From a virus (taxonomy: Duplodnaviria > Heunggongvirae > Uroviricota > Caudoviricetes), in IMG/VR virus record IMGVR_UViG_3300012347_000482, positions 117,051 to 145,656 of that record: a stretch of 28,606 nucleotides of DNA. One strand, written 5' to 3'. Within the stretch, counting starts at the first letter, position 1; the number at the start of each line of letters is the position of its first letter. Below the pieces are notes generated by a model. It had not been told where the DNA came from, made no database searches, and worked only from the letters and a program-made list of their open reading frames with translations. A program made the translations under genes and the position numbers. Of the stretch, positions 26,238 through 28,606 are shown one piece after another.

Positions 26238-26267
26238 TACTAAATAAAACTATATTTTAGGAATAAT

Positions 26268-26765
26268 ATGAAAACACTACGCGATTATATAGATCTAGTC
26301 AACGAATCATTTAACAGTATGATGGATTTAGAAAGAAATGCTTCTTTAGAAAAACGAATAAATCAAATAGCAGACCGTGCCGGGATTTCGAATGTAAAAG
26401 CATTGTCGACTTGGTCTCCAGAAAGTCATTTTGTAACATTTAACTACGACGGTGCGTTAGAAGTACACATTTTAGGTCCTAATATGACTCCGTATTTTAC
26501 AAAGAACAATCCTGCTCCTATGCGAGTATTTTCTACTGCTATTAATTTGATAAAACAACACGCTGAATCCGGCGGACTAGTTAGGATAGAATGCAGTCCA
26601 GAAAAAGAAGCTGTTGATTTTTATAAACTGTTTGCTAATCGAGCCGAAAAACTAGGATACGATGTTGAATTTATTCCTAAATATATGGGATCTTCGGGAG
26701 TTATGGTATCAGCATACGAAATTTCTAAGCCAACTAATAAAGAAAATCCCAACGATACTGAATAA
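26268..26765 (+). CDS. Hypothetical protein with a T4 capsid-targeting-like N-terminus
   Basis: Starts MKTLRDYIDLVNES; TAGGA RBS. Confidence 0.7.
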   Translation: MKTLRDYIDLVNESFNSMMDLERNASLEKRINQIADRAGISNVKALSTWSPESHFVTFNYDGALEVHILGPNMTPYFTKNNPAPMRVFSTAINLIKQHAESGGLVRIECSPEKEAVDFYKLFANRAEKLGYDVEFIPKYMGSSGVMVSAYEISKPTNKENPNDTE

Positions 26766-26779
26766 CTACAGGTGTACAC

Positions 26780-27361
26780 TTGAAAAATCGCAAACCAGTT
26801 ATATTGTACGAAGAGTTTAGCGCAGAAGATAAAGTTGATCTTGCATTGCTTGAAAATTCAGTACATTTTTTATTCGGTGAAATTACAGAAGAAAATGTAC
26901 TGAATGCAATTAAATGGATAGTATATGAAAATTTATCTCCTAACAAAACTAAACATTTAACTCTTTATATTAACTCACCTGGCGGAGACTTGTATCATGC
27001 GTTTGCACTAATTGACGTTATAAAAGCAAGTAAACGACCAATACATACTATTGGTATTGGAACTATAATGAGTTCGGGATTTTTAATTTTTGTATCAGGA
27101 TCGAAAGGACATCGCTATATAAGTACAAACACAGGAATAATGTGTCATCAATATAGTGATTCGCCTGTTGGTAAACATCACGATTTAAAAGCTTCGATGA
27201 TAGAAGGCGAACATTGCGAACGCAGAATGTTCGATATATTAAAAACAGCTACTAATTTATCAATAAGTGAAATTAAAAATAAATTATTACCTGCAACAGA
27301 TGTATACTTAACTGCAATTGAACTGATCGAGCTGGGAGCAGCCGATTATATTTTTACTTAA
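26780..27361 (+). CDS. clpP: ClpP-like serine protease subunit
   Basis: LYINSPGG, IMSSG (Ser), MCHQ (His), DVYLTA.E..ELG.AD; TTG start. Confidence 0.88.
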   Translation: MKNRKPVILYEEFSAEDKVDLALLENSVHFLFGEITEENVLNAIKWIVYENLSPNKTKHLTLYINSPGGDLYHAFALIDVIKASKRPIHTIGIGTIMSSGFLIFVSGSKGHRYISTNTGIMCHQYSDSPVGKHHDLKASMIEGEHCERRMFDILKTATNLSISEIKNKLLPATDVYLTAIELIELGAADYIFT

Positions 27362-27371
27362 AGGATTTCAT

Positions 27372-27617
27372 ATGTCAGTTATTGATTTTAGTAATAAATT
27401 AAAAGAAAAACAAATGTTAGAAGAACACAAAGCTGCTCTACTAGCAATTGTAGAGTCGTTAAAAGCAGGTGTCGAAGACGGCACTATTAAAGAATTTGTA
27501 GGTGTAAGTATCGACGATGACGGTGAACTTAAACTGTATGTTGGTGCAATGGATTTACCAGGCGGTGTTGGACTATTTGAAATTGGTAAAACACTATTGA
27601 TTCAAGATCAGCTGTAA
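27372..27617 (+). CDS. Hypothetical protein
   Basis: 81 aa; AAGGA RBS. Confidence 0.7.
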   Translation: MSVIDFSNKLKEKQMLEEHKAALLAIVESLKAGVEDGTIKEFVGVSIDDDGELKLYVGAMDLPGGVGLFEIGKTLLIQDQL

Positions 27618-27655
27618 AACAGTCAAAATAACCACATTATAGTGCATTATTTTAG

Positions 27656-27684
27656 TTGACACATAAATAAAACTATATTATAAT
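27656..27684 (+). promoter_or_regulatory. Sigma70-type promoter P1 upstream of the tRNA cluster
   Basis: TTGACA-17 nt-TATAAT. Confidence 0.85.
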
Positions 27685-27748
27685 AGTTATACTTTAATGC
27701 AATGTTGCATTGCTAATAAACAAATTTAACCAAATTTGCAATTAGTAC

Positions 27749-27777
27749 TTGACAACATTGCTAAATAAAAGTATACT
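27749..27777 (+). promoter_or_regulatory. Sigma70-type promoter P2 upstream of the tRNA cluster
   Basis: TTGACA-17 nt-TATACT. Confidence 0.8.
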
Positions 27778-27837
27778 TAATACATGTTGTTACATTACAA
27801 AGTTAATAACATGAAAGAGAAAAATAAAAGATTATAA

Positions 27838-27987
27838 ATGAACAGTACGGTTAATTATCAAATTATTAATAATGCAAGCGAACAGACGAGCTCGATGCTC
27901 TCTTATTGGCCGGCGATTAATACGAATGATAATATGCCGGAGAGTAATCATTATAAAATAGGTTTATTAGCGGAGAAGAACAGTTAA
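27838..27987 (+). CDS. Possible 49-aa leader ORF
   Basis: MNSTVNYQIINNASEQTSSMLSYWPAINTNDNMPESNHYKIGLLAEKNS*; weak RBS; lies between the promoters and a terminator. Confidence 0.3.
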   Translation: MNSTVNYQIINNASEQTSSMLSYWPAINTNDNMPESNHYKIGLLAEKNS

Positions 27988-28015
27988 CTATTTAACAGTT
28001 CATATAGAAACTAAT

Positions 28016-28049
28016 AAACCCTAGGATTAAAACCCCGGGGTTTTTCTTT
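28016..28049 (+). terminator. Terminator between the promoters and the tRNAs
   Basis: AAACCCTAGG...CCCCGGGGTTT stem (one mismatch) followed by TTTTTCTTT. Confidence 0.65.
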
Positions 28050-28218
28050 ACTTGCAGTGTTAATAGGGAACGTAGCCCTTGCTAAACACTATAATACATA
28101 GCAAACGGGCGGAACTAAGGATGGAACACTTTATGTAGTGTGAAAAATCTAGTCATAATAAAACAAATTAGTTAAAACATCGTTTGTTTTATTATACACA
28201 TTTGAATAAAGTGTGTTT

Positions 28219-28308
28219 GGAACGGCTGAGCATTGGTGAGCTCAAGAGACTGTAAATCTCCCGCACAACCGTAAGACTGTATAGGTTCAATTCCTATTCG
28301 TTCCACCA
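28219..28308 (+). tRNA. tRNA-Tyr (GTA)
   Basis: Acceptor GGAACGG/TCGTTCC + ACCA, D stem GAGC/GCTC, loop CT-GTA-AA, long variable arm, T arm ATAGG-TTCAATT-CCTAT. Confidence 0.88.
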
Positions 28309-28318
28309 ATTGTATTTT

Positions 28319-28392
28319 GCCCTATTAGTTAAATGGTATAACACCTGTTTTGTAATCAGGTATTGGCAGTTCGATTCTGTCATGGGGCACCA
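28319..28392 (+). tRNA. tRNA-Thr (TGT)
   Basis: Acceptor GCCCTAT/ATGGGGC + ACCA, loop TT-TGT-AA, T arm GGCAG-TTCGATT-CTGTC. Confidence 0.92.
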
Positions 28393-28398
28393 AGTTTA

Positions 28399-28458
28399 AG
28401 AATGCATACAGCAAAAATTAAAATTTCACTATTGGCTGTGAAAAGCAAACTGCATTCT
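28399..28458 (+). ncRNA. Armless tRNA-like repeat element 1
   Basis: 7-bp outer stem AGAATGC/GCATTCT, conserved CAGCAA, inner stem TTTCAC/GTGAAA with an 8-nt loop. Confidence 0.55.
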
Positions 28459-28467
28459 GTTTTATTT

Positions 28468-28542
28468 GTCTCGTTCATCTAGCGGTAAGGATATTTGACT
28501 TTCTATCAGATTACACCGGTTCGAATCCGGTACGAGACTCCA
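28468..28542 (+). tRNA. tRNA-Glu (TTC)
   Basis: Acceptor GTCTCGT/ACGAGAC + TCCA, loop CT-TTC-TA, T arm ACCGG-TTCGAAT-CCGGT. Confidence 0.9.
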
Positions 28543-28547
28543 GTTTA

Positions 28548-28602
28548 AGGATGCGTTCAGCAACTCTTAAAATTCAACTTTTAATTGAAAAATAAGCATC
28601 CT
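28548..28602 (+). ncRNA. Armless tRNA-like repeat element 2 with a Lys(UUU)-like anticodon stem-loop
   Basis: 7-bp outer stem AGGATGC/GCATCCT, conserved CAGCAA, inner TTCAA-CT-TTT-AA-TTGAA. Confidence 0.6.
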
Positions 28603-28606
28603 GTTT

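Noticed and set aside
1376-26946. Remaining short track ORFs overlapping longer genes (e.g. 1376-1642, 1639-1923, 2825-3064, 10593-10940, 10694-11008, 11864-12181, 13241-13438, 25627-25887)
   Set aside because: Antisense or off-frame overlaps of well-supported genes, with no RBS or recognisable motifs.
1-28606. CRISPR array, integrase or transposase
   Set aside because: No regularly spaced repeat-spacer array and no recombinase or transposase motifs seen.

Overview
AT-rich, gene-dense segment of a large tailed (jumbo/T4-like) dsDNA phage. Its DnaK and cold-shock protein look Betaproteobacteria-like, so a Burkholderiales-type host is inferred. Left to right: the end of nrdB, glutaredoxin, a PAAR-like gene, cspA and an AAA ATPase; two outer-membrane beta-barrel genes with identical flanks; two tandem cassettes each pairing a prolyl-4-hydroxylase/QueC-like PP-loop fusion enzyme with a small Pro/Gly-rich peptide; a SleB-like hydrolase behind a structured leader; a DEDDh exonuclease, dnaK, hsp20, clpS, heme oxygenase, a bilin reductase and a metallophosphoesterase; a tail-fibre/Gly-rich/LamG-SPRY block; a RelE/YafQ-like protein; a ~720 bp structured divergent intergenic region; DUF3307-like and clpP genes; and the start of a tRNA cluster (Tyr, Thr, Glu) interleaved with two armless tRNA-like repeats. 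The best candidate for an undescribed system is the duplicated enzyme + peptide cassette at 5093-8424, which looks like a phage-encoded RiPP-type peptide-modification system. Its second peptide (8245-8424) is missing from the ORF track. All family calls come from motif recognition by eye; no searches were run.
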